IMG/VR virus record: IMGVR_UViG_3300047470_000395
Location: 32,001 to 96,000 of that record
Length of the DNA stretch: 64,000 bases
Strand: one strand, 5' to 3'
Source of the DNA: a virus
The translations under genes and the position numbers were made by a program. Below the pieces are notes generated by a model. The model was not told the DNA's origin. It made no database searches and worked only from the letters and a program-made list of their open reading frames with translations. Shown here in pieces: positions 44,459 through 53,952 of this stretch. Position 1 is the stretch's first letter. The number at the start of each line of letters is the position of its first letter.

Positions 44459-45706
44459 TTATACGTTCGCTGTGGTCGCGAGGTCCTCGACGGTGAAGTT
44501 CTCGGGGACGGGCACGCCCTGGTCGCTGAGGCAGGCCGCGTACCGCGTCAGAAGCCGGTTGCGGACCTTGCGGCCGTTCTGCGGGGTCTGGCAGAGGGTG
44601 CGGCCGATCTCGGATCCGGTGAGGTCCCCGCCCTTCCCGAAACGCTCGATCTCTCCGGCCTGGAGGGCGGCCACGACCACGTTGTACAGCTCCTCTTCCG
44701 TGCTCGGGGCCGTGGTCTCCTCGCCCCTGGGGACGTCGACGGGTGCCGTCTCGGCCCGCGCCGGCTGCTGGGGGACGGTTGCGGTGACGGTGCGCGGCTT
44801 CGGGACCGCGGCCGGGGCAACCGCGGCCGGAGCCGGGGCGGGAGCTGCAGCGGGCGGGAGCGCCGGGGCCGCGGCGGGGGCCGGAGCCTCGAGCGCCTCG
44901 ACTTCGACGGTCTCGGCCTGCTCGGCGAAGATGCCCGTGGGGTCGATGCCCGCCGCGCGCAGACCGGCCGCGGCCGTCTCTGCGAGGGGGACGCCGGCGC
45001 TGACGAGCTGCAGCGGGAGCAGTGCAGCCACCGGCGCCTTCCGGCGCCAGGCCCGACCGAACCGGCCGCGGAGCTTCGCCTGGTAGACGAGTCGCTCCTG
45101 CTCGAGCTTGAGGACCGTGTCGTACGAGGTGAGCTCCCACAGCTTCATCCGACGCCAGAGCAGGAACGTGGGGAACGGGGCCAGGAACCAGCGGGCCCAA
45201 CGGACCTTGTCCATCTTGCGGCGGCGACCGGTGGCCGCGCCGATCCGCACGGCGTACACATGCGCAGCGATCTCGGAGACGCCGACCCACAGCAGGGACA
45301 TGGCGCCGTGCGCGAGTTTCGACCCGAGGGTGTTGCCGGACGCCACGTTGAGCGCGCACGTGATGAGGCTGAGGACCCACGGGACGAGCCGCGCCCACCA
45401 CAGCCTCATGTCCGTGCGGATCAGCAGGAGGTACGCCCCGGTGAACACGGGGATGGCCGAGTCGATGGCGGTGGGCAGGATCCACGGCTCGGTGAAGCCC
45501 CACCCCGCGGCCTTGGCGGACACGGAGTCAAACGAGGCGTAGAAGCCGAAGCCACCGACGGCGGCGCCACCGAGAGCGATGACGCCAACGGCGAGACGCT
45601 CCAGGCCGCTGAGGGGCGGTACGCCGGAGTCGGTGGAGGTCTGCGGATCGGGGTCGGTGGGGGCCTTCAGCTCGTCGCCCTCGCGGGTGCGGTTGAACAG
45701 CTTCAA
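44459..45706 (-). CDS. DUF2637 membrane protein (plasmid spread/transfer-associated), C-terminal HTH-like region
   Basis: SFDSV...LPTAID...CALNVA four-TM domain; RWFLAPFPTFLLWRRMKLW. Confidence 0.75.
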   Translation of the reverse strand: MKLFNRTREGDELKAPTDPDPQTSTDSGVPPLSGLERLAVGVIALGGAAVGGFGFYASFDSVSAKAAGWGFTEPWILPTAIDSAIPVFTGAYLLLIRTDMRLWWARLVPWVLSLITCALNVASGNTLGSKLAHGAMSLLWVGVSEIAAHVYAVRIGAATGRRRKMDKVRWARWFLAPFPTFLLWRRMKLWELTSYDTVLKLEQERLVYQAKLRGRFGRAWRRKAPVAALLPLQLVSAGVPLAETAAAGLRAAGIDPTGIFAEQAETVEVEALEAPAPAAAPALPPAAAPAPAPAAVAPAAVPKPRTVTATVPQQPARAETAPVDVPRGEETTAPSTEEELYNVVVAALQAGEIERFGKGGDLTGSEIGRTLCQTPQNGRKVRNRLLTRYAACLSDQGVPVPENFTVEDLATTANV

Positions 45707-45856
45707 GACGCCTTTCCTCTCGTTCGGGTCTCCCCGGTCGGCTTATGCTCGTGGCCTTCCGGGTCGACCAAACGATATAGCGTCTTCCGCCTGTTGTGCC
45801 TGAACCAGTTCCCACAGTGCGTCAGGGGCGCGGTCATACCGGTCGATTCAGGGCGG

Positions 45857-46675
45857 TCACCAGTCGAGGGGCTCCGCCGGCTTCCGTCGGTCCGGGCCGA
45901 TGACCTTCACCAAGTAGGCGGAGGACTCGAGCCGGGACAGCAACCGCTCCCCCAGGATGTCCACCACGCCCAGACCACCGCCCGGCTGGCTGCGGCTGCG
46001 CACGTTGGTCGTGTACGCCGTGGGCCGGCCGGAGGAGATCCGTGCGTCGATCAGGTCGACGGTCTCCTTCTTCGCGGCTGGGGTGGCGATCTGGTCCATC
46101 TCGCCGCAGAGTTCGTCCAGGATGAGGAAATCGCAGGTGGCGAACCTATGGCGGACCTGGTTCTTGGTCAGGTTGTGAGGAGCCGAGTCCGGTTGAAGCC
46201 ACGTCAGGTACTTGGAATGCTTGACGAGCAGGGTCCACAGGCCGCGTTCGGCTGCCTCGTTGCCCAGCGCGAGCGCCCCGGTGGTCTTCCCGCTGCCGAT
46301 GGGCCCCGGCATGATCATGTTGATGGTGTCGGGGCGTGCGCCCTGTTTCTTCGCCTCCACCAGAGAGCCGAGCCAGTTCTCGAGCGTCTTCGGCTTCTGG
46401 TTCGGGTCCAGGTCACTGAAGCGGAAACGCAGGTACTCGTCATAGCAGGCGTCAATGACGCTGTTGCGCCACGCGTTCAGCCGCGCGCGGGCCTGCGGCA
46501 CTGACACGTCCTCCCAGAGGCCGTCTGTGGGTTCGGGCTGCGGCGGTACGCCGAGCTTCGATATGTCGGCGCCGTTGTTCTCCAGCACCCGGACGATGTG
46601 CTGGCTCAGGTCGCCGAGGGCATTCATCCCACGTGCCGGGGCGGCGTGCGGCGCGGTGTCCGTGGTGACCGACAT
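45857..46675 (-). CDS. DnaC/IstB-like helicase-loader ATPase
   Basis: GPIGSGKT, LILDELCGE, LIDARISSGRPTAYTTN, LGERLLSRL, GPDRR. Confidence 0.88.
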   Translation of the reverse strand: MSVTTDTAPHAAPARGMNALGDLSQHIVRVLENNGADISKLGVPPQPEPTDGLWEDVSVPQARARLNAWRNSVIDACYDEYLRFRFSDLDPNQKPKTLENWLGSLVEAKKQGARPDTINMIMPGPIGSGKTTGALALGNEAAERGLWTLLVKHSKYLTWLQPDSAPHNLTKNQVRHRFATCDFLILDELCGEMDQIATPAAKKETVDLIDARISSGRPTAYTTNVRSRSQPGGGLGVVDILGERLLSRLESSAYLVKVIGPDRRKPAEPLDW

Positions 46676-46686
46676 CGGGGAGCTCC

Positions 46687-47676
46687 TTACGGTCGTGCGA
46701 TGACGCCGAACGTGGCGCCGTCGGAGTCGTCTACGGGTGCGTCACCGGGGGCATCGGGCTGGGCCTCGCCCTGGGTGCCCCAGGTCGCCGAGTCGCTGTA
46801 CGGCACGGCACCGTTGGGCCGGGTCGGGGCGATGTGGTTCGTGACGACGCCCAGGGCGTCCTGCCACTGCTGCGCGCTGGGCAGGTGCTTGCGCGCCCGC
46901 AGGAGAGCGTCCGCACACTGGCGCTGTGTGTACCCGGCCGCGAGGGCGGAGCGGACCTGCCCGCGCATGGCGAGGTATCCGTTCGTCCTGCCGACGTACT
47001 TGCCCAGGTGCTTCTCGGCGTGGTCCCACCACCACTTGGAGACCTTCTCGGCCGCGTCGTCGATGGCCTTCTTCTCCTCGGCCTTCTTGTCCGCCGCGGC
47101 CTTCTTCTCCGCGTCGTCGGCGGCCTTCTGCTCCGGGGTCCGGCGGGTGCGCCGCTTCGGTTCGGCCGGCAGCTCCTCGGCGGCCGCGGGCTCCCCCTCC
47201 GCGGGGGCGGGGGGCTCCTCGTCGTGGGGGTCGGGCTCGAACCCGTCGCTGCCCAGGGTGCCGTCCGGGTACTCGACGAGGAACGTGCCGTCCTCCTGCT
47301 CGATGACGGGGACGGCCGGGTCCTTCTGCGAGCTGAAGATGGCGTGGTCGGCGGCCCACTGCGGGACGGGGTACTCGGCGACGGACGTGCCCATCACGAC
47401 CTTGCCGGTGCGCAGACGGCGGCGCTCGAGGCGGTAATAGCCCTTCGCGGCGAGCTCGCGCAGTGCGGTGCGGACGGCCTCGCGTCCCTCGCGGCCCTCG
47501 CCCTTGGAGAGCTGGTCGGAGCGGACCTGCCACCCCTCCTTCTGGTCCAACAGGTAGGTGAGCAGGCCGAGGGCACGGAAGCTGATGCTCGTGTCCCGGG
47601 CGGTCGTCGACTCGACTCGCACGTGGTAGACGCGCCGGGCGACCCGCACCCCTGTGGGATCGGACAGGCGGCTCAT
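46687..47676 (-). CDS. Phage replication initiator (wHTH, lambda O-like role)
   Basis: ISFRALGLLTYLL...GW...GREAVRTALRELAAKGY; directly upstream of the loader ATPase. Confidence 0.75.
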   Translation of the reverse strand: MSRLSDPTGVRVARRVYHVRVESTTARDTSISFRALGLLTYLLDQKEGWQVRSDQLSKGEGREGREAVRTALRELAAKGYYRLERRRLRTGKVVMGTSVAEYPVPQWAADHAIFSSQKDPAVPVIEQEDGTFLVEYPDGTLGSDGFEPDPHDEEPPAPAEGEPAAAEELPAEPKRRTRRTPEQKAADDAEKKAAADKKAEEKKAIDDAAEKVSKWWWDHAEKHLGKYVGRTNGYLAMRGQVRSALAAGYTQRQCADALLRARKHLPSAQQWQDALGVVTNHIAPTRPNGAVPYSDSATWGTQGEAQPDAPGDAPVDDSDGATFGVIARP

Positions 47677-48014
47677 GCGGATGCCTCGCTGGGGGTGTCG
47701 TTGGTCAGGCGGAAGTCGGTGCGCTTGAAGCGGCGGCCGGTCTCGTTGCTCAGGTAGCGGTATCGCCGCTCGGCCATGCCCGCGTTGCGCAACTCCGTGA
47801 CGGCGCTGCGGATCTGGTGGGAGTTCAGCCCGAGGCCGGTGTAGATGGACGCGAGGTCGACCCACTCGCCGTCAGGGTGGAGGGCGAGCTGGAAGAGAAC
47901 ACGGTGCGCACGGTCGGACAGGCGCCGAGTGCGGGTGTGCGTGGTGGTCATGGTGCTGGTCCCTGGGGAGAGGGGTCCGGCCGTGAGGGGCCGGATCCGG
48001 GCGGCTGTCGTCAC
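47673..48014 (-). CDS. Small winged-helix protein (alternative ATG at 47951)
   Basis: LSDRAHRVLFQL...IRSAVTELRNAGM; 4-nt overlaps with neighbours. Confidence 0.6.
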   Translation of the reverse strand: MTTAARIRPLTAGPLSPGTSTMTTTHTRTRRLSDRAHRVLFQLALHPDGEWVDLASIYTGLGLNSHQIRSAVTELRNAGMAERRYRYLSNETGRRFKRTDFRLTNDTPSEASA

Positions 48015-48616
48015 TCGTCGCGCGCGTCAGGCTGCGCCTTGGGCAGCAGCTCCGGCGTCTCCCGCAGTTCGTCGTTGAGGTCACCGCGCCGGTAGGCGGC
48101 CAGCAGGGCGGCCTTGCCTATCGGCTGCTTCTTGAAGGTCTTCCAGGTCCAGGTGACGGTGCCGGTGGGCTTCCCGCCCGGCACGAACTTGAGACCGGGG
48201 ATGAGCTCGCCGGACCGCGAGTCGAAGATGGCGCCCGTCTCCGGGTCGCGCTGCGCGTGTTGGAGAACGGCCGTCTCGAACGACTTCTTCCGGACGATGA
48301 CGACGTCGTACTCGCCCTTGTCCTCCGCGTACTCGTCGAATGCGGCTTCGTCGTCGATCTCGAACCGGTCGCGGGTCTTGTTGACCTTGTAGTGGCCGAT
48401 CTCTTCGCCGCCGACGGTGATGAAGAGGTCCGACTGCTTCCGCTCGAGGAACGCCTGGACGAGGGGGTCCTTCGGGGCGTTCACCTTCGGGGCGATCGTC
48501 GCCGTCTGGTGTTCGGTCATGGCGCGGGCGAGTGCCCCGATGAGCCCGAGAGTGGTCAGGGACTGCGTAGGGGCCGACTCTTCGGCCGTGGCGCCGTCGG
48601 TGACGTCATGCGACAT
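48011..48616 (-). CDS. Hypothetical phage protein
   Basis: GAGGAA RBS; IDDEAAF...DSRSGELIPGLKF pattern, weakly Gam/gp157-like. Confidence 0.65.
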   Translation of the reverse strand: MSHDVTDGATAEESAPTQSLTTLGLIGALARAMTEHQTATIAPKVNAPKDPLVQAFLERKQSDLFITVGGEEIGHYKVNKTRDRFEIDDEAAFDEYAEDKGEYDVVIVRKKSFETAVLQHAQRDPETGAIFDSRSGELIPGLKFVPGGKPTGTVTWTWKTFKKQPIGKAALLAAYRRGDLNDELRETPELLPKAQPDARDE

Positions 48617-48798
48617 CTCGGTGTTCCTCTCTTTCCCCGGACGCCTGGCCCAGGGTTCTGGTCCTCCCGGGCTGGTGTTCGGGGCGCGTCACCTTGGGGT
48701 ACGTCGCCGGCCGATTTTTGTTACACCTAGGCCCAGGTAGCTGGGTTGCTCTCCCAACTGAGCCGAATAGTACACCCAGGGCAACGCGATGTGGAGGG

Positions 48799-48828
48799 CG
48801 CGACACAAGCGCCGCGTCCGTCTACGTT
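48799..48828 (+). promoter_or_regulatory. Putative late promoter for the ParB-N/TerS operon
   Basis: CGCGACACAAGC...TACGTT. Confidence 0.55.
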
Positions 48829-49046
48829 CCTCGCGGCTCTGCAGCATCCGGCGACGTCACCGGGAGCTGCGGGGCCCCGGCTCCGCCCCATCCGGAACGA
48901 GGGCGGAACCGGCCCGGCGGCGGGTGAGGGTCGGCCATGACGGCATCGTCCCGCTTGCGAGGCGGGGCGCCGCGGTAGAAGTCCGCGGGCTCGCAGCCCT
49001 CACCCGCTGCCGGACACCGACCGCATGGGAGAGGAACGCACCAGCC

Positions 49047-49679
49047 GTGACCGAGACGATCGCCGCCCCGCGCTACATCGCCTACGTGCCGCTCACCGAC
49101 CTGTCCCCCGCGCCCCGAAACCCGAAGCGGCACGAACTCGAGCTCATCATCGCGTCGATCGACATGCACGGCCTGGTCGAGATACCCGTCGTCGACGAGC
49201 GGACCCAGCAGACCCTCCACGGCCACGGCCGCCGCGAGTCCCTGCTGGAGATGCAGAACCGCGGGATGCGCGTCCCGAGCGGCGTCGTCGTCGACGAAGA
49301 CGGCGGCTGGCTGGTCCCCATCCTGCGCGGCTGGCACTCGAGGAACGACGCCGAGGCGGAGGCCCTGGCCATCAAACTCAACCGGCTGCCCGGCGAGGGC
49401 GGATGGGACGCCCGCGAGCTCGCCGAGATCCTCGAGGACCTGGCGACGAACGAGGTCGAGCTGTTCGACTCCCTGGCCATCCCGCACGACGAGATCGACA
49501 AGATGCTCGGCCAGGTCGACCCGGAGACCCTGCCCGGCGGCGGCCGCGAGGACGAGACGCCCCTGCTCCACCTGCCCGACGACGGAGAGCGCGGCGACGG
49601 ACTCAGCCCCGACGACGAGTGCCGCGCACCGCACACGACGTGCCCGGCCTGCGGGCACCTGTTCACCTCCAGCCGCTGA
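49047..49679 (+). CDS. ParB/Srx N-terminal domain protein with C-terminal Zn ribbon
   Basis: LSPAPRNPKRH...SIDMHG...VVDE...HGHGR; CPACGH. Confidence 0.75.
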   Translation: MTETIAAPRYIAYVPLTDLSPAPRNPKRHELELIIASIDMHGLVEIPVVDERTQQTLHGHGRRESLLEMQNRGMRVPSGVVVDEDGGWLVPILRGWHSRNDAEAEALAIKLNRLPGEGGWDARELAEILEDLATNEVELFDSLAIPHDEIDKMLGQVDPETLPGGGREDETPLLHLPDDGERGDGLSPDDECRAPHTTCPACGHLFTSSR

Positions 49680-49699
49680 CCGCCTCCCGAGGAACGCCC

Positions 49700-50344
49700 A
49701 TGTCCACCCGACGCAAGGCACGCCGGCCCGAGAGCCGCAGCGGTCGCCCACGCCTGCTCTCCGAAGAGGTGGAGGCCCGTCTCGTCGCGGCCTCCCGCAC
49801 GGGCGTTGCCGTCGAGCTGGCCGCCGAGATGGCCGGCATCTCCCGCTCCACGTTCCTGGCGTGGATGGCCCGCGGCCGCGCCGAGGTCGACGCCCGCGAG
49901 GAAGGCCAGAAACCCAACCCGGCCGAAGAGGAGTACGCGGCCCTGTTCGAGAAGGTCCGCACCGCCCGCGCCACCGCGGGCGCGCGCGCCATGATGAACA
50001 TTCGCAGGGTCGCGGACGGCGGCATCGTCACCAAGGTCACCACCCGCAAGTTCCGCGACTCCGTCACCGGCGAGATCGTCGAGGAAACCGTCGAGGACCG
50101 CACGCCCCCGGACTGGCGCGCTGACGCCTGGTACCTCGAGCGCCAACACCGCGACGCCTACGGCAAGGACGCGACACTCGCCCTCGAGATCACCGGCCTC
50201 GGCGACGTCCCGGCCGGCGCCGACGAGGGGGCCGTCGACCTGGCCGCGCTCGCCGAGCGCCTGGACCGCACCCTGTTCTCGGTCAAGTACCCGCCGGAGC
50301 TCGAGGACGGCAGCGTCGTCGACGCCGAAGTGGTCGACGAGTGA
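49700..50344 (+). CDS. Terminase small subunit-like HTH protein
   Basis: GRPRLL...AAEMAGISRSTFLAWMARG...DWRADAWYLER. Confidence 0.6.
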   Translation: MSTRRKARRPESRSGRPRLLSEEVEARLVAASRTGVAVELAAEMAGISRSTFLAWMARGRAEVDAREEGQKPNPAEEEYAALFEKVRTARATAGARAMMNIRRVADGGIVTKVTTRKFRDSVTGEIVEETVEDRTPPDWRADAWYLERQHRDAYGKDATLALEITGLGDVPAGADEGAVDLAALAERLDRTLFSVKYPPELEDGSVVDAEVVDE

Positions 50345-50380
50345 CCCCGCAACTGCCCGCGTCGGCCCCGCAAGGCAGCA

Positions 50381-50411
50381 CGCGACGTTAACCACCCACG
50401 CCATGCACGGT
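50381..50411 (+). promoter_or_regulatory. Putative late promoter for the endolysin
   Basis: CGCGACGTTAACC...CACGGT. Confidence 0.7.
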
Positions 50412-50446
50412 GCCCCCTCCTGATCTCCAGCACCGGAGGGAACACC

Positions 50447-51364
50447 GTGACCACCGCGTATTACCCGGGAGCCGATCTCTCGCTCGACTTCACGAAGTCG
50501 TACAAGGGCGACCTGATGGACCCCGACAAGGTCCTCCTGCACACCACCGAGGGGACCACCCTCGTCGACTACTCCAAGGGCGCCGAGGCCCCGAACATCA
50601 CGGCGCGGCCGAACTTCGCCAAGAAGCGGCTGGACTGGTTCCAGCACTACGCGTTCGACCGTTCAGCGCGCGCCCTGGTCAACAAGGCCGGCGGCGTGGA
50701 GACCAACACCGAGGACGTGGTCCAGGTCGAGCTCATCGGCACCTGCGACCCCGCGCACCGCAAGACCTGGGGCAAGCTGCAGGCGGGCGTGCATTACATC
50801 TTCTGGCCGGAGGCCCCGGACTGGGCGCTCGACGACCTGGCCGACTTCCTGGCGTGGCAGAACGTCAAGAACGGCGTCCCGCTGACCACGCCGAAGGACT
50901 GGCTCCCGTACCCGTCCTCGTACGGCAACAGCCGTGTGCGGATGACGTTCGCGGAGTGGCGCGCCGCGAAGGGCGTGCTCGGGCACATGCACCCCCCGGA
51001 GAACGTGCACGGCGACCCCGGGAACATCGCGATCGCCGCGCTCCTCTCCTCGGCGAAGATCAAGGCCGCGGCCCTCAAGGGCGGTTCTACCGGCGGCGGC
51101 ACGTCCACCCCGGCGCCGAAGCCGTCGCCGCCGTTCCCGGGCGCCCAGTACTTCGGGCCGGGCAAGAGCAACGCCCACATCACGGCCCTGGGCAAGCAGC
51201 TCGTGAAGAAGGGATACGGCAAGTTCTACACCTCCGGCCCCGGCCCGAAGTGGAGCGACGCGGACCGTAAGAATGTGCGTGCCTTCCAGCTCGCGCACGC
51301 CTCACTCGCGGGTGACGCCGACGGCATCCCCGGCCCGAAGACGTGGAAGCTGCTGTTCTCCTGA
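50447..51364 (+). CDS. Endolysin (Zn amidase plus peptidoglycan-binding domain)
   Basis: LHTTEG, QVELIG, GHMHPPENVHGDPG; C-terminal VRAFQ...ADGIPGPKTWKLL. Confidence 0.88.
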   Translation: MTTAYYPGADLSLDFTKSYKGDLMDPDKVLLHTTEGTTLVDYSKGAEAPNITARPNFAKKRLDWFQHYAFDRSARALVNKAGGVETNTEDVVQVELIGTCDPAHRKTWGKLQAGVHYIFWPEAPDWALDDLADFLAWQNVKNGVPLTTPKDWLPYPSSYGNSRVRMTFAEWRAAKGVLGHMHPPENVHGDPGNIAIAALLSSAKIKAAALKGGSTGGGTSTPAPKPSPPFPGAQYFGPGKSNAHITALGKQLVKKGYGKFYTSGPGPKWSDADRKNVRAFQLAHASLAGDADGIPGPKTWKLLFS

Positions 51365-51421
51365 CTTCCCCTCGGCCGGCCCGCACCCGCGGGCCGGTCC
51401 CCGACTCCTGAAAGGCCGGCT

Positions 51422-51889
51422 GTGGCAGGCGAGACCGTCATCACCGTCATCGGAAACCTGGTCGACGACCCCGAACTCCGCTTCACTCCCTCTGGCGCCG
51501 CGGTGGCCAAGTTCCGCATCGCCTCGACTCCCCGCACCTTCGACCGGCAGACCAATGAGTGGAAGGACGGCGAGAGCCTGTTCCTGACCTGCGCCGTGTG
51601 GCGGCAGGCGGCCGAGAACGTCGCCGAGTCCCTGCAGCGCGGGATGCGCGTCATCGTCCAGGGCCGTCTCAAGCAGCGGTCCTACGAGGACCGTGAGGGC
51701 GTCAAGCGCACCGTCTACGAGCTGGATGTCGAGGAGGTCGGCGCGAGCCTGCGCAACGCCACCGCGAAGGTCACCAAGACCAGCGGGGGCGGCGGGGGCA
51801 ACGGGGTACAGCGGTCGACACCGGCCGCGGGCCGCCCGGCCGCTGACGACGCGTGGGCGGTCCCGGGCGGGGACGAGCCGCCGTTCTAG
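51422..51889 (+). CDS. ssb: Single-stranded DNA-binding protein
   Basis: [38 protein letters not shown]...DEPPF. Confidence 0.97.
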   Translation: MAGETVITVIGNLVDDPELRFTPSGAAVAKFRIASTPRTFDRQTNEWKDGESLFLTCAVWRQAAENVAESLQRGMRVIVQGRLKQRSYEDREGVKRTVYELDVEEVGASLRNATAKVTKTSGGGGGNGVQRSTPAAGRPAADDAWAVPGGDEPPF

Positions 51890-51900
51890 CCGTGCGCACA

Positions 51901-51938
51901 CGAGAGGGGCCCCGGACCGTCGTCCAGGGCCCCTCTCG
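51901..51938. terminator. Bidirectional hairpin terminator
   Basis: CGAGAGGGGCCC...GGGCCCCTCTCG between convergent genes. Confidence 0.7.
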
Positions 51939-51943
51939 GCTGT

Positions 51944-53566
51944 TCAGGCGGCTGCAGGCACGGTCCAGGCAGACGCCAGGATGAGCAAGTCGTCGCCTTG
52001 GTCCTCGTCGGCCGTCGTCTGGTCCTGGCCCGTAGGGGTGGCGGACTCCGAGTTGGTGTCCTGCCCTGGGGGCGTGGCCCCCTCTGCGGGCGTTTCCACT
52101 GGGGCCGGGGTCTCCTCGACCGGCGGGGCTGGCGTCTCCTCCACCGGGGCCGGGGTTTCCACGGGTGTCTCGGTGGCGGGCGGCGTCTCCTCGACCGGCG
52201 GCGTGGCCGTCCCGTCCGGCTGGCTCGGCGTGGGGTCCGAGGCCGGAGGCTGCGTCGGCTCGGCCGGAGGCGGGGTCGTCTCCACGGGCGGGGGCGGAGT
52301 CGCCTGCGCGGGTGGGGTGGTGGGCGTCTCCGCCGGCGGCGTCGTCGGGGTGCTCGGCGTGGACGGAGCCGTCGGCGGGGTGGTGGGCGTGCTCGGCGTC
52401 GACGGGGTGGACGGCGTGGTCGTCTGCACGGGCGGCGTCGTGGTTGTCTGCGCGGGCGGCTGGGGCGTCGTCACCAGCACCACACCGCCACCGGTGGCCG
52501 GGGGCCGCTCAATGCCGATGGCGAGCGCCACGATGTCGTCACCGCCGGGGCCGCCGTACACGGGCGTCATGTCCAGGCCCAGCACCAGGCGCGCCGCGAC
52601 CATCGACGGGGCGTCCGTCGTCGCCACTGCGGGCCGGGCGATGAGCTGGTGCACCTCCTGGCTGTCCAGGCCGAGGGTGCCCAGAGTGAGGGCGGCGAGC
52701 CGCGGCGGGAGCGGGACGGACCCGCCCATCGCGCTCGGGCCCGCGTCCCTGTCCGCCTGCTGCAGCAGCTTCATGTACTCGGCGATGCGCGCCTGGTCGG
52801 TGCCCCACAGCACGTACCGGCCGTGCACCTTCATGTCTTGGTACAGCTCCTGCGACCCGTCCTGACGTGCCCAGGTCTGGGCATAGTCGGCGTCGTAGAA
52901 GATGCGCAGGCCGATCTGCTCGGAGCCGTACGAGAACGTGAAGATCGTCGAATCCGGGCCGGTGGCGGCCTTGGTCGACATGACCATGCCGTCGTCGTCG
53001 GTGCACTCGGCCTGGAGGGCGCTCACCGGGTTGCATTCGATCTTGCTCGCGCCGGAGAAATAGTCGAACTTGTCGTCGGTGAACGGGGCGTTCTCGACCG
53101 TGTTCCCGGCCGCCTCCGGTGTGACGTCCGGCGCACTGGCCTTCGTGTGGGCGGGCTCGTCGTTGACGATGTTCGTGTACCGGCCCAGGGCCCAGCTCGC
53201 CGCCAGCGCGGGGAGCAGCGCGGCGACGACGTACGCCTTGCGCCGCCGCTTGCCCGCGGCGGGGAGCTGCTCCGTGGTGGCGTCGTCCTTGAGGTCGACC
53301 GGCGGCCGCTCGACGCGCGGCGGGGTCGGGGCGTTCAGCCCGAGCATGTCGTCGAGGTCGGGAAACTCCGGGCACTGCTCCCGGATCATCCGCTCGGCGG
53401 CCTCCCGGGTGATTCCGGGCAGCACGTTCAGCACGTTGTCCACGGCCCGGGTGTAGGTCTGCCCCTGGCCCATGAACAGCGTGCGGATGCCGTTCATCCT
53501 GAACAGTGCCGCGTCGGCCGGAAAGTCACCGACGACGATGTCGATCTTCTCTGCCGGGCTGCTCAC
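51944..53566 (-). CDS. Single-TM protein with extracellular domain and Pro/Thr-rich tail
   Basis: KRRRKAYVVAALLPALAASWAL TM segment; PVEETPA repeats; coupled to the upstream gene. Confidence 0.75.
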   Translation of the reverse strand: MSSPAEKIDIVVGDFPADAALFRMNGIRTLFMGQGQTYTRAVDNVLNVLPGITREAAERMIREQCPEFPDLDDMLGLNAPTPPRVERPPVDLKDDATTEQLPAAGKRRRKAYVVAALLPALAASWALGRYTNIVNDEPAHTKASAPDVTPEAAGNTVENAPFTDDKFDYFSGASKIECNPVSALQAECTDDDGMVMSTKAATGPDSTIFTFSYGSEQIGLRIFYDADYAQTWARQDGSQELYQDMKVHGRYVLWGTDQARIAEYMKLLQQADRDAGPSAMGGSVPLPPRLAALTLGTLGLDSQEVHQLIARPAVATTDAPSMVAARLVLGLDMTPVYGGPGGDDIVALAIGIERPPATGGGVVLVTTPQPPAQTTTTPPVQTTTPSTPSTPSTPTTPPTAPSTPSTPTTPPAETPTTPPAQATPPPPVETTPPPAEPTQPPASDPTPSQPDGTATPPVEETPPATETPVETPAPVEETPAPPVEETPAPVETPAEGATPPGQDTNSESATPTGQDQTTADEDQGDDLLILASAWTVPAAA

Positions 53567-53952
53567 GGTTGGGGATCCTTCGCTCTGCGCTCTATCACCT
53601 CGGCCATGGCCGCGGCGAGGTTCTGCAGGCGGTCGGGGGTGATCTCCTCGATGTCGGACACCACGAGCTCGCCTCCGCCGGGCAGGGCGATCTCCTCGCG
53701 GTGGAGGCTCACGTCCTCCAGGCCGTCGTCGGTGCCGGCGTCGTCGCGGGTCTCAAGCGGGTTCAAGGTCCGCATGAAGGCCGCCATCATCGCGTCGTGC
53801 GTCTGCTGGATCCGCTCGGGGCTGCGTGTGTGGCCCGGGGCAAGGGCTCCCGCGGCCGCCATGGCGCGGCGCGTCTCGAGGTCGTGAGGAATCGGGCCGC
53901 CCTCGAGCGCACGCTCCAGGCGCTCGGCTTCCCTGTCAGCGCGTCCGAACAT
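53563..53952 (-). CDS. Putative anti-sigma factor N-terminal-like protein
   Basis: Overlaps the sigma gene end; REAERLERALEG...AAAGALAP...MMAAF resembles actinobacterial anti-sigma N-termini. Confidence 0.5.
   Translation of the reverse strand: MFGRADREAERLERALEGGPIPHDLETRRAMAAAGALAPGHTRSPERIQQTHDAMMAAFMRTLNPLETRDDAGTDDGLEDVSLHREEIALPGGGELVVSDIEEITPDRLQNLAAAMAEVIERRAKDPQP

Noticed and set aside
43876-48755. 13-bp matches GGGTTGCTCTCCC (43876, 48743) and GCAACCCAGCTAC (25018 versus 48737 reverse)
   Set aside because: Only pairs; 13-mers recur by chance in 64 kb of high-GC DNA
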